Positions 1-34,429 of a stretch of DNA of 64,000 bases are shown in pieces. This DNA comes from Eledone cirrhosa. Taxonomy: Eukaryota. A program made the position numbers and the translations under genes. Under the pieces are notes generated by a model. That model searched no databases and was not told the origin of the DNA. It saw only the letters and a program-made list of their open reading frames with translations. Every line of letters begins with the position of its first letter. The first letter of the stretch is position 1. The DNA lies in assembly GCA_964016885.1 (NCBI GenBank), contig OZ024764.1, forward strand, positions 18,104,001-18,168,000. The letters are read 5' to 3'.

Positions 1-3000
1 ACACCCTTGAACCGCTTCAATTACCCTCTCACCTGGCACTGACTATGGTTTGGCTGGTTGTAGAGGCCCCTACATGAGGTTTACACCCTTGAACCGCTTC
101 AATCACCCTCTCACCTGGCACTGACTATGGTTTGGCTGGTTGTAGAGGCCCCTACATGAGGTTTACACCCTTGAACCGCTTCAATTACCCTCTCACCTGG
201 CACTGACTATGGTTTGGCTGGTTGTAGAGGCCCCTACATGAGGTTTACACCCATAAACTGCTTCAATCACCCTCTCACCTGGCACTGACTATGGTTTGGC
301 TGGTTGTAGAGGCTCCTACATGAGGTTTACACCCTTGAACCGCTTCAACCACCCTCTCACCTGGCACTGACTATGGTTTGGCTGGTCGTAGAGGCTCCTA
401 CATGGGGTTTACACCCATAAACCGCTTCAACCACCCTCTCACCTGGCACTGACTATGGTTTGGCTGGTTGTAGAGGCTCCTACATGAGGTTTACACCCTT
501 GAACCGCTTCAACCACCCTCTCACCTGGCACTGACTATGGTTTGGCTGGTCGTAGAGGCTCCTACATGGGGTTTACACCCATAAACCGCTTCAACCACCC
601 TCTCACCTGGCACTGACTATGGTTTGGCTGGTTGTAGAGGCTCCTACATGAGGTTTACACCCTTGAACCGCTTCAACCACCCTCTCACCTGGCACTGACT
701 ATGGTTTGGCTGGTCGTAGAGGCTCCTACATGAGGTTTACACCCTTGAACCGCTTCAACCACCCTCTCACCTGGCACTGACTATGGTTTAGTATCTACCA
801 CTAAGTCATCGAGTCTACAAAAATTCACTGAAAATTCATATTTATAAACCTTCTTTCAAAATAAAATAAAATGAAATTAAATTAAATTAAATTAAATTAA
901 TTAAATTAAAATAAAATAAATACAATTTGAGGCTCTCCCAAACGTTTTTCAGTTTTTTTTCAAAGATATGTAAAATAAAAATTGAAAAAGATTCTACAAG
1001 TACCTCCCAGTCCAAGACTAAACACGAGACCAGGATTGAACCCCCAGCCCAGGATCTCACCATCTCTAGGACTTCCCACTAAGCCACCAAGACTGCTACA
1101 AAGATCTACTGAGAATTAATATTTATAAACCTACTTTCAAAATAAAATTAAATTAACTAAATTAAAGTAATTTAAATTAAATCAAATTAAACAAAATAAA
1201 TGGACATTGGGGTCCTTACCAAAGTTTTTCAGTTTTTTTCAAAGAAATGTAAAAGGAAAATTGAAAAAAAATAATAGGACACTTTACATATATCTCCCAG
1301 ACCTGGATTGAACCCCAGATCAGAGTCTTACCATCTCTAGGACTTGCCACCAAGACTGCTACAATAATCTACTGAAAATTCATCCTTATGAACCTACTTT
1401 AGAAATAAAATAAAATTAATTAAATTAAAAACATTGTCTTGAGACCAACTGCTTCTTTGGCCCTAAGGAGATAGTAGCTGGCCGTAGGAAATCCATTACT
1501 TTGATCAGGGTTTGAGTGGCCATAGTTTACACCCTTAAACTGCTTCAACCACCCTCTCACTTGGCACTGACTATGGTTTGGCTGGTTGTAGAGGCTCCTA
1601 CATGAGGTTTACACCCATAAACTGCTTCAACCACCCTCTCACCTGGCACTGACTATGGTTTGGCTGGTTGTAGAGGCTCCTACATGAGGTTTACACCCTT
1701 GAACCGCTTCAACCACCCTCTCACCTGGCACTGACTATGGTTTGGCTGGTTGTAGAGGCTCCTACATGAGGTTTACACCCATAAACTGCTTCAACCACCC
1801 TCTCACCTGGCACTGACTATGGTTTGGCTGGTTGTAGAGGCTCCTACATGAGGTTTACACCCTTGAACCGCTTCAACCACCCTCTCACCTGGCACTGACT
1901 ATGGTTTGGCTGGTTGTAGAGGCTCCTACATGAGGTTTACACCCATAAACTGCTTCAATCACCCTCTCACCTGGCACTGACTATGGTTTAGCTGGTTGTA
2001 GAGGCTCCTACATGAGGTTTACACCCATAAACTGCTTCAATCACCCTCTCACCTGGCACTGACTATGGTTTAGCTGGTTGTAGAGGCTCCTACATGAGGT
2101 TTACACCCATAAACTGCTTCAATCACCCTCTCACCTGGCACTGACTATGGTTTAGCTGGTTGTAGAGGCTCCTACATGAGGTTTACACCCATAAACCGCT
2201 TCAACCACCCTCTCACCTGGCACTGACTATGGTTTGGCTGGTTGTAGAGGCTCCTACATGAGGTTTACACCCATAAACCGCTTCAATCACCCTCTCACCT
2301 GGCACTGACTATGGTTTGGCTGGTTGTAGAGGCTCCTACATGAGGTTTACACCCATAAACCGCTTCAACCACCCTCTCACCTGGCACTGACTATGGTTTG
2401 GCTGGTTGTAGAGGCCCCTACATGAGGTTTACACCCATAAACTGCTTCAATCACCCTCTCACCTGGCACTGACTATGGTTTAGCTGGTTGTAGAGGCCCC
2501 TACATGAGGTTTACACCCATAAACCGCTTCAACCACCCTCTCACCTGGCACTGACTATGGTTTGGCTGGTTGTAGAGGCCCCTACATGAGGTTTACACCC
2601 ATAAACTGCTTCAATCACCCTCTCACCTGGCACTGACTATGGTTTGGCTGGTTGTAGAGGCTCTTACATGGGGTTTACACCCATAAACCGCTTCAATCAC
2701 CCTCTCACCTGGCACTGACTATGGTTTAGTATCTACCACTAAGTCATCGAGTCTACAAAAATTCACTGAAAATTCATATTTATAAACCTTCTTTCAAAAT
2801 AAAATAAAATAAATACAATTTGAGGCTCTCCCAAACGTTTTTCAGTTTTTTTTCAAAGATATGTAAAATAAAAATTGAAAAAGATGCTACAAGTACCTCC
2901 CAGTCCAAGACTAAACACGAGACCAGGATTGAACCCCCAGCCCAGGATCTCACCATCTCTAGGACTACCCACTAAGCCACCAAGACTGCTACAATAATCT

Positions 3001-6000
3001 ACTGAGAATTAATATTTATAAACCTACTTTCAAAATAAAATTAAATTAACTAAATTAAAGTAATTTAAATTAAATCAAATTAAACAAAATAAATGGACAT
3101 TGGGGTCCTCACCAAAATTTTTCAGTTTTTTTCAAAGAAATGTAAAAGGAAAATTAAAAAAAAATAATAGGACATTTTACATATATCTCCCAGATCAGGA
3201 TTGAACCCCAGATCAGAGTCTCACCATCTCTAGGACTTCCCACTAAGCCACCAAGACTGCTACAATAATCTACTGAAAATTCATCCTTATGAACCTACTT
3301 TAGAAATAAAATAAAATTAATTAAATTAAAAACATTGTCTTCAGACCAACTGCTTCTTTGGCCCTAAGGAGATAGTAGCTGGCCGTAGGAAATCCATTAC
3401 TTTGATCAGGGTTTGAGTGGCCATAGTTTACACCCTTAAACTGCTTCAACCACCCTCTCACCTGGCACTGACTATGGTTTAGCTGGTTGTAGAGGTTCCT
3501 ACATGAGGTTTACACCCTTAAACCGCTTCAACCACCCTCTCACCTGGCACTGACTATGGTTTGGCTGGTTGTAGAGGCTCCTACATGAGGTTTACACCCA
3601 TAAACTGCTTCAACCACCCTCTCACCTGGCACTGACTATGGTTTGGCTGGTTGTAGAGGCTCCTACATGAGGTTTACACCCTTGAACCGCTTCAACCACC
3701 CTCTCACCTGGCACTGACTATGGTTTAGCTGGTTGTAGAGGCTCCTACATGAGGTTTACACCCATAAACTGCTTCAATCACCCTCTCACCTGGCACTGAC
3801 TATGGTTTGGCTGGTTGTAGAGGCTCCTACATGAGGTTTACACCCTTGAACCGCTTCAACCACCCTCTCACCTGGCACTGACTATGGTTTAGCTGGTTGT
3901 AGAGGCTCCTACATGAGGTTTACACCCTTGAACCGCTTCAATCACCCTCTCACCTGGCACTGACTATGGTTTGGCTGGTTGTAGAGGTTCCTACATGAGG
4001 TTTACACCCTTGAACCGCTTCAATCACCCTCTCACCTGGCACTGACTATGGTTTGGCTGGTTGTAGAGGCTCCTACATGAGGTTTACACCCTTGAACCGC
4101 TTCAATTACCCTCTCACCTGGCACTGACTATGGTTTGGCTGGTTGTAGAGGCCCCTACATGAGGTTTACACCCTTGAACCGCTTCAATCACCCTCTCACC
4201 TGGCACTGACTATGGTTTGGCTGGTTGTAGAGGCCCCTACATGAGGTTTACACCCTTGAACCGCTTCAATTACCCTCTCACCTGGCACTGACTATGGTTT
4301 GGCTGGTTGTAGAGGCCCCTACATGAGGTTTACACCCATAAACTGCTTCAATCACCCTCTCACCTGGCACTGACTATGGTTTGGCTGGTTGTAGAGGCTC
4401 CTACATGAGGTTTACACCCTTGAACCGCTTCAACCACCCTCTCACCTGGCACTGACTATGGTTTGGCTGGTCGTAGAGGCTCCTACATGGGGTTTACACC
4501 CATAAACCGCTTCAACCACCCTCTCACCTGGCACTGACTATGGTTTGGCTGGTTGTAGAGGCTCCTACATGAGGTTTACACCCTTGAACCGCTTCAACCA
4601 CCCTCTCACCTGGCACTGACTATGGTTTGGCTGGTCGTAGAGGCTCCTACATGGGGTTTACACCCATAAACCGCTTCAACCACCCTCTCACCTGGCACTG
4701 ACTATGGTTTGGCTGGTTGTAGAGGCTCCTACATGAGGTTTACACCCTTGAACCGCTTCAACCACCCTCTCACCTGGCACTGACTATGGTTTGGCTGGTC
4801 GTAGAGGCTCCTACATGAGGTTTACACCCTTGAACCGCTTCAACCCTCCTCTCACCTGGCACTGACTATGGTTTAGTATCTACCACTAAGTCATCGAGTC
4901 TACAAAAATTCACTGAAAATTCATATTTATAAACCTTCTTTCAAAATAAAATAAAATGAAATTAAATTAAATTAAATTAAATTAATTAAATTAAAATAAA
5001 ATAAATACAATTTGAGGCTCTCCCAAACGTTTTTCAGTTTTTTTTCAAAGATATGTAAAATAAAAATTGAAAAAGATTCTACAAGTACCTCCCAGTCCAA
5101 GACTAAACACGAGACCAGGATTGAACCCCCAGCCCAGGATCTCACCATCTCTAGGACTTCCCACTAAGCCACCAAGACTGCTACAAAGATCTACTGAGAA
5201 TTAATATTTATAAACCTACTTTCAAAATAAAATTAAATTAACTAAATTAAAGTAATTTAAATTAAATCAAATTAAACAAAATAAATGGACATTGGGGTCC
5301 TCACCAAAGTTTTTCAGTTTTTTTCAAAGAAATGTAAAAGGAAAATTAAAAAAAAATAATAGGACATTTTACATATATCTCCCAGATCAGGATTGAACCC
5401 CAGATCAGAGTCTCACCATCTCTAGGACTTCCCACTAAGCCACCAAGACTGCTACAATAATCTACTGAAAATTCATCCTTATGAACCTACTTTAGAAATA
5501 AAATAAAATTAATTAAATTAAAAACATTGTCTTCAGACCAACTGCTTCTTTGGCCCTAAGGAGATAGTAGCTGGCCGTAGGAAATCCATTACTTTGATCA
5601 GGGTTTGAGTGGCCATAGTTTACACCCTTAAACTGCTTCAACCACCCTCTCACCTGGCACTGACTATGGTTTAGCTGGTTGTAGAGGTTCCTACATGAGG
5701 TTTACACCCTTAAACCGCTTCAACCACCCTCTCACCTGGCACTGACTATGGTTTGGCTGGTTGTAGAGGCTCCTACATGAGGTTTACACCCATAAACTGC
5801 TTCAACCACCCTCTCACCTGGCACTGACTATGGTTTGGCTGGTTGTAGAGGCTCCTACATGAGGTTTACACCCTTGAACCGCTTCAACCACCCTCTCACC
5901 TGGCACTGACTATGGTTTAGCTGGTTGTAGAGGCTCCTACATGAGGTTTACACCCATAAACTGCTTCAATCACCCTCTCACCTGGCACTGACTATGGTTT

Positions 6001-8380
6001 GGCTGGTTGTAGAGGCTCCTACATGAGGTTTACACCCTTGAACCGCTTCAACCACCCTCTCACCTGGCACTGACTATGGTTTAGCTGGTTGTAGAGGCTC
6101 CTACATGAGGTTTACACCCTTGAACCGCTTCAATCACCCTCTCACCTGGCACTGACTATGGTTTGGCTGGTTGTAGAGGTTCCTACATGAGGTTTACACC
6201 CTTGAACCGCTTCAATCACCCTCTCACCTGGCACTGACTATGGTTTGGCTGGTTGTAGAGGCTCCTACATGAGGTTTACACCCTTGAACCGCTTCAATTA
6301 CCCTCTCACCTGGCACTGACTATGGTTTGGCTGGTTGTAGAGGCCCCTACATGAGGTTTACACCCTTGAACCGCTTCAATCACCCTCTCACCTGGCACTG
6401 ACTATGGTTTGGCTGGTTGTAGAGGCCCCTACATGAGGTTTACACCCTTGAACCGCTTCAATTACCCTCTCACCTGGCACTGACTATGGTTTGGCTGGTT
6501 GTAGAGGCCCCTACATGAGGTTTACACCCATAAACTGCTTCAATCACCCTCTCACCTGGCACTGACTATGGTTTGGCTGGTTGTAGAGGCTCCTACATGA
6601 GGTTTACACCCTTGAACCGCTTCAACCACCCTCTCACCTGGCACTGACTATGGTTTGGCTGGTCGTAGAGGCTCCTACATGGGGTTTACACCCATAAACC
6701 GCTTCAACCACCCTCTCACCTGGCACTGACTATGGTTTGGCTGGTTGTAGAGGCTCCTACATGAGGTTTACACCCTTGAACCGCTTCAACCACCCTCTCA
6801 CCTGGCACTGACTATGGTTTGGCTGGTCGTAGAGGCTCCTACATGGGGTTTACACCCATAAACCGCTTCAACCACCCTCTCACCTGGCACTGACTATGGT
6901 TTGGCTGGTTGTAGAGGCTCCTACATGAGGTTTACACCCTTGAACCGCTTCAACCACCCTCTCACCTGGCACTGACTATGGTTTGGCTGGTCGTAGAGGC
7001 TCCTACATGAGGTTTACACCCTTGAACCGCTTCAACCACCCTCTCACCTGGCACTGACTATGGTTTAGTATCTACCACTAAGTCATCGAGTCTACAAAAA
7101 TTCACTGAAAATTCATATTTATAAACCTTCTTTCAAAATAAAATAAAATGAAATTAATTTAAATTAAATTAAATTAATTAAATTAAAATAAAATAAATAC
7201 AATTTGAGGCTCTCCCAAACGTTTTTCAGTTTTTTTTCAAAGATATGTAAAATAAAAATTGAAAAAGATTCTACAAGTACCTCCCAGTCCAAGACTAAAC
7301 ACGAGACCAGGATTGAACCCCCAGCCCAGGATCTCACCATCTCTAGGACTTCCCACTAAGCCACCAAGACTGCTACAAAGATCTACTGAGAATTAATATT
7401 TATAAACCTACTTTCAAAATAAAATTAAATTAACTAAATTAAAGTAATTTAAATTAAATCCAATTAAACAAAATAAATGGACATTGGGGTCCTCACCAAA
7501 GTTTTTCAGTTTTTTTTTCAAAGAAATGTAAAAGGAAAATTGAAAAAAAATAATAGGACACTTTACATATATCTCCCAGACCAGGATTGAACCTCAGATC
7601 AGAGTCTCACCATCTCTAGGACTTCCCACTAAGCCACCAAGACTGCTACAATAATCTACTGAAAATTCATCCTTATGAACCTACTTTAGAAATAAAATCA
7701 AATTAATTAAATTAAAAATATTGTCTTGAGACCAACTGCTTCTTTGGGCCTAAGGAGATAGTAGCTGGCCGTAGGAAATCCATTACTTTGATCAGGGTTT
7801 GAGTGGCCATAGTTTACACCTTTAAACTGCTTCAATCACCCTCTCACTTGGCACTGACTATAGTTTGGATGGTTGTAGAGGTTCCTACGAGAAGTTGAGG
7901 CCCTTAAACTGTTTAGTTCATCCATGACCATGGTGTAGTTGGCCCTAGACTCTAAGGCCTAGACTATCCTAAGAAACTGACCTGCCTTTAAAACGAACAG
8001 CTCACTTGCTAACTCCCACTAGGCCAATAAAACAGCCACAAAAATCTACTGAAAGTTAATACTTATAAAGCTACTTTCAAAATAAAATAAAATAAATACA
8101 TATTGAGTTTCTCCCAAATATTTTTCAGTTTTTTTCAAAGAAATGTAAAAGGAAAATTGAAAAAAAGTAACAGGACATTTTACATATATCTCCCAGACCA
8201 GGATTGAACTGCAGATCAGAGTCTCACCATCTCTAGGACATCCCACTAAGCCACCAAGACTGCTACAATAATCTACTGAAAATTCATCCTTATAAACCTA
8301 CCTTCAAAATAAAATAAAATAAATTAAATTAAATTAGATTTAATTAAATTAAAATAAAACAAAACTGAATTGAATTGAAA
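1..8380. repeat. Higher-order macrosatellite: arrays of an 82-bp unit (1-789, ~1526-2728, ~3428-4875, ~5619-7067) alternating with ~700-745-bp AT-rich spacers; degenerate tail to ~8380; intronic in gene 1
   Basis: Unit ACACCCTTGAACCGCTTCAACCACCCTCTCACCTGGCACTGACTATGGTTTGGCTGGTTGTAGAGGCTCCTACATGAGGTTT recurs every 82 bp. Spacers start at ~790, ~2729, ~4876, ~7068 with AGTATCTACCACTAAGTCATCGAG. Variant order is shared between arrays. Confidence 0.97.
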
Positions 8381-8535
8381 TGAGATGTGTTATAACTGTC
8401 CTTACAGAGGAGACAATATAATACCAGTAAGTCACTGGGGTCTATTTAAATGACTTTCCCCTGCTCACCAAAAAATACTTAATGAAATGTTTGATTAACT
8501 AATTAACTTACCTTTTCTCTCACCTGTTTCCCCAG

Positions 8536-28685
<20,150 letters not shown>

Positions 28686-29668
28686 ACAACAATTGTGTAA
28701 AAAAAAACCCTTTATTTTTTTTTGGGGGGGGGGGGGGGGGGCAGTATCCTGGGCCTCTTTTGGGCTCTCCTTGTTTTCCATAATTTCCCTTAATTTTAGG
28801 GGAGCGAGAAAGGGGTGGAGGTGACGTAGGGTCTGTATTAGGTTTCATTCTTCATAAATATCTTTTAGGGATGTCCTCCCTTCCCTGCCTCCTTTTTCTT
28901 TTTCTTAGTATTAATTCTATATTTGAGGTTCAATAGAGGATTTGGTCTGAGCTTCCCCCCACCCTTTTTTTTTAAAATCAATATTGGTCCCTTATGCTGA
29001 GAGAAAGAAAGAAAGAAATAACTAGGGGCCAGCAACACAATGTCTCTGTCCCTTTCTATATAAATGTTCTGGGCTTCCCATGTTTACAGTATTGGTCCCT
29101 TATTTGCAGGGTACAAAGATTTGCTAGGGTCCACAGAGCAGTGTCTCTGTCCCCTATATTTTTTGTTTGTACAAGGGATATTCTAGATGTTTCCTTCTAG
29201 TTGAAGGGCTGGGGTTAGAATTTTGGGTCGTTTTCTTTGTAAATTGCTTTGGGCTTCCCTGCTTTCTGTCTGCCTCAGGATGGGGGTGGGGTGGTGGTTA
29301 AATCGGTAGAGCGTCCGATGAAACACCATTGTGGAACTGGTTCCGGTTCGTTCTTTACGTTCTGGGTTCAAATCCTGCCGAGAGGAACAACTTCATCCTT
29401 ACAGGGGTCAATAAAATAAAGTTACCTTTCCGTGGGGGGAGGGGGGGGGGGTCATTATAAAGTACCAAATACTGGGGGGAACTATAAAGTAATAAGTACT
29501 AGAGTCATTATAAAGTACCTCTCTGCTCCCCCCCCCTCCCCCCCCCCCCCCAATTTGCTGGCCTTGTGCTTCAGTTAGAAATCAATCTGAAATAATAAAC
29601 TAATTACTAAAACTTAATTAGATATGGGAGTCTTTTATAGTTGATATGTGAGTGAGTGTGTATGTGAG

Positions 29669-29710
<42 letters not shown>

Positions 29711-30440
29711 AGATATATATATATATATATGTTCATTCATTCATTCGTCGACTACTGTCAAGATGACGGATCTCACTTTCATGCCCCAGAATTCAGGAAC
29801 CCCGGTGCAGTTAGTTGCGAAATCCATCATCTTTTCAAATAGCTAATAATGAGTGTGGGCGCCACTACTACACACATGTGAAAGAATTTGACAGCCAAGT
29901 CTTGAAGAAGGTGCTTTCTCCTCCGTGTGGTGGGTTACCCGGCGCCAGATACCAACCTGGCATTTATACCCTCGCCCTAATTGTTCGTGATGCAAGCACT
30001 AGAGTAGTTGCTAACCAAAGCTACGGACCCACTCTATCCGTCTGGAGATACGTTGTACTAGCTTACCAACATACTAGTAGCAGGAAGTTGACTTTTCCGG
30101 CACTGCAGCGCCTTTCGGCGGACCGTGCTGGTTTTGGATGACCATTGACTCCAAGAGCTCTTAAGAGCTCCCAGGAGTTCCTTTGCCCTTTATATATGTA
30201 GATATATAATATATATATATATCATAATCACTAGGCCTCCTGCTGTAAAGTGGTCGAGTAGCAGCACTCACTGTAAATGAGGTTGGTGTTAGGGAGGGCA
30301 TCCAGCCAGAATCAGTTCAGAATGAAGCCAGAATCAGTTCCTGTACGAGCAAGACATGGTCACCTGACCTGGCATTGCTCACAACAGGACAAACTGTCTA
30401 ACCCATGCTAGCAAGGAAAATAGACGTTAAACGATGACGA

Positions 30441-30452
30441 TATGTGTATATA

Positions 30453-30483
<31 letters not shown>

Positions 30484-30508
30484 GTGTGTATGTATGCGTA
30501 TATATATG

Positions 30509-30557
<49 letters not shown>

Positions 30558-30695
30558 ATGTATGTGTATATATATATATATATGTATATGTATATATATA
30601 TACATATATATACATATGTGTGTGTATGTATGTGTATATATATATATATATATATATGTATATGTATATACATATATATACATATGTGTGTGTAT

Positions 30696-30741
<46 letters not shown>

Positions 30742-31042
30742 ATATATATACATATATATATGTGTGTGTATGTATATATATATGTATGTATGTGTATATA
30801 TATGTATATATATATACACATACATACATATATATATATGTATGTGTATATATATGTATATATATACATATATATATGTGTGTATGTATGTGTATATATA
30901 TATATGTGTATGTATGTATATATATATATATATATATATGTGTATGTATGTATATATATATGTATATATATATACATATATATATATATGTGTATATGTA
31001 TGTGTGTATATATATATATATACATATATATACATACATATT
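30441..31042. repeat. (TA)n/(TG)n compound microsatellite; similar tracts at ~25515-26055, ~36905-37750, ~48270-49165, ~59600-60035, ~63560-64000
   Basis: Direct inspection. Confidence 0.97.
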
Positions 31043-31546
31043 TAAATGGTTTTGTTTTCTCTCCCCCCTCCCCCGTCTCCTAGGGCAACCCTCCCGTCCC
31101 AGACATGTATAGACCACAACACAGTGCTCCCCCACTCCGTCCATTTCTCCCCGCCCCCACTAATCTCTTCATTCCAGATGGGTTTTTTTTATGCCCCTCC
31201 CTCAGGCTGGGACCACCACTACTCCTCCCCTCCCACCCAACAACCACCTCCTCCCCTCCCACCCAACAACCACCTCCTCCATCATCACTGCCACCACCAC
31301 CACCACTCCACTACCTCCACCACCTTTACTACCACCACCCTCGTTCTCCTTCCTCACGTGTGTGTGTGTGTGTGTGAGGTGTGGCAGGGACCTGGAACCA
31401 CGACCCAGTGAAAGGCACTGTCCCCTCATTACCATCCAATCAATCATTAATCAATCAATCTATAATAAAAATAATAAATTTTGAAAATATGAGTTTGTTT
31501 TTTTTCTTCTGAAATGTCAGTGTTACTTCTCTCTCTCTCTCAATAT

Positions 31547-31650
<104 letters not shown>

Positions 31651-31814
31651 ACATACATACATACATATATGGCGGTGAATTGGCAGTATCAGTAGAGGGT
31701 TGGACGCCATGCTTTCTAGCATAGTTACGTCCCTTTACAGTCTGAGTTCAAATCCCGCCTAGGTTAACTTTCGATAAAATAAAGGCCTTGTGCCTAAAGT
31801 AGAAACTATTATAT

Positions 31815-31845
<31 letters not shown>

Positions 31846-32499
31846 GTGGTAGAACACTGGAAGGTAATATCCGTAGTGGTAGAGCACTCAGTCCATGGGA
31901 CGAGTTAGGTAGTAACATGTGCTTACGCCATATTTGACTAAAACCCCAACTAACAGACTAATTCTGTTTGGTCAAATATGGCGTAAGCACATGGTACTAC
32001 TTAATTTTCAAATTCGCTGGCTGTTTGTAAGTAAAGATTGCTTGGTTTCTTCCTGTTGTTTTACAAATGAATATAATTGTTTCTACTTTTGGCACAAGGC
32101 CAGCAATTACTTAGTACATTACTGGTACTTTATTTTATCAACCTCGTAAGGATGAAAGGCGAAGTTAATCTCGGCGGAATTTGAGCTCAGACCGTAAAGG
32201 GAAGTAACTATGCTGGAAAGTATATAATATATATATATATAATAAATATATTATGTGTATGTATATATAATATATATATAACAAATATATTATGTGTATG
32301 TATATATATATATATTATATATACATACATACACGCACACATATGTATATGTATATATATATACATACACACACACATGTATGTATATATATATACATAC
32401 ACACACATGTATATATGTATACATATGTATATATATATATGAAGTGTTTCCGTAGGAAAGGTAAAAGAAAAGAGTGCTCTATGTAGGCTACAGAGCTTT

Positions 32500-33255
32500 T
32501 TAGTTATGTAATAAACAACATAAGATAATTATTTCATTTACTAAAGGTTTCACGAAGACAGACGAGTCTGACGACGGAAGTCAGCCGTCTGTCTTCGTGA
32601 AACCTTTGGTAAATGAAATAATTATCTTATGTTGTTTATTACATAACTATATATATCTATGTTTAGTGGTTTACCACTGGATAGAACTAGTCATTCCGTT
32701 TAGTTAATCAAGATGTATCGTATAAAAAGCACTCTACCGTTTCACACGTCATCCATCATTGATGTTGAATCCTGTGGTTGGTGCAGGAACGGAGTTAAAT
32801 ATTAGTTTGATTAAAATAACAAGAGGCCGGTATAGTGATGTTCCTTTAAGGTGTTATTGTTGTTAAAACAATGTATATATTTCAATGGCCTGGTTACGTA
32901 AGATCCTGGCGATATGATCAGGCGCAGATTGCATAATTAGTTAATCAATAAAGGCATTACGACAAAAAGTAAAGGAAAGAAGAGTGCTCTATGTATTGTA
33001 CAGAGCTATTTAATTACATAATAAACAGCACAATATAATTATTCCATCACCAAAGGTTTCAGGAAACTAGACGATCCTTACAGAAACGTCCAGCTAGTTC
33101 ATCAGATAAAATAATTAGATAATTATTTTATTTGATGAACGGGCTGGACCTCTAGTTTCTTGAAACCTTTGGTAATGGAATAATTATATTGTGCTGTTTA
33201 TTATGTAATTAAATAGCTCTGTACTATATATAGAGCACTCTTCTCCCCTTTACCT
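32500..33255. mobile_element. Two palindromic Penelope-like terminal fragments (32500-32650 and ~32965-33255) with degenerate hammerhead cores
   Basis: Long inverted arms; (C/T)TGA(T/C)GA ... GAAACCTTTGGTA motifs. Confidence 0.6.
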
Positions 33256-34429
33256 TTTCTACGAAAATACTTAACATATATATATATAACAAAGAAAGTG
33301 TGGTAAGGAACCAGTTGGACCATAACGCATCAGAGAACTCGGATCTAGCTGTCGAAACGGCCGGAGCTCAGCCGTCGGGGTCCTGACTCTTTTCCTATAT
33401 ATATATAAACTTTACTATTTTATCTGCCTGTTACCTTGTGGATTGTCTCTGTTGACCACTGACCGCTGGTCTCTGTCTTCTGAGATATTTTTGCCCATTG
33501 CTGTCTTTGACAGTATTTAGCTGTTTTAATGGCTGTTCTAGCGATGAGTTTTCTCATCTTTATATATATTCAATCAAATACATTCGCGCTTCGTCTCGAT
33601 CAGAGTTAACAATGTTTTATATATATATATATATAACTTTAATAATAAGTGTTGCTATTATTGGGTGTAGATTTAACCAGAAGGTTTAAAGCTCAATGCA
33701 ATAGGGTTTATACAGAGCTGATATTATCATCACCCGGCGGCCTCAGCCGAAATCGATTCAACAATTGGTCTCCACGTGGGTCGGTTGTTCATTGCCGCTG
33801 CCAAAGGGTCGATACGTTGTCAAACAAATACATGTTTCAACCGACAGAGATTCATCCCGACGATGTGAGTCTATAAAATCAGGAAGTTTAGAATTTTCTT
33901 CAGACGAAAGAGATTTTCAGCCTATTTCTCATGATTGAAATATGAAACCGTCATGGAGAATTAAATAAAATCTCTTTTGTCCCTTTCTTTCTGTCTGACT
34001 TCGACCCACAGATATTAAAGAAACTTCAATTATCGAATATATTATTGGGCAGCTTAAGTCAGACATTGAATGAGACCAACTTTATTTCTGCATGCTGTCG
34101 TCTTTGCGGCTGAGATCAAAGACTTCCTTTCCAGACAGATTTAGAGTCGTTAAGGCCTCAAGGATACATCAAAATTTCCTTTTTTGTTTTGTTTTATTGT
34201 TTTAAGACCCGGATTGAACCATGTGACAACTACCCAGAATAATTTTCTCCATTAGTTCCCGCTCTAACTTTCTAGGATTAATACCAACTTCCGCGATTAA
34301 AAAGGTAAAATGTTCATCCATTTACTAATTCTAATACTTTAAAATTTCATTTTAAATATATCAAATTATTTTTTTAAAAGTTAAGTAAAAAAGTAAACTG
34401 GGGCCTATTTTCGTTATTGTCCACCTTGA

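Noticed and set aside
1-7890. CRISPR-like array
   Set aside because: Units are contiguous tandem repeats without unique spacers, there are no cas genes, and the context is eukaryotic.
1030-8262. Functional tRNA gene cluster in the spacers
   Set aside because: A and B boxes are present but I could not build a convincing cloverleaf or anticodon arm; kept only as tRNA-derived cassettes.
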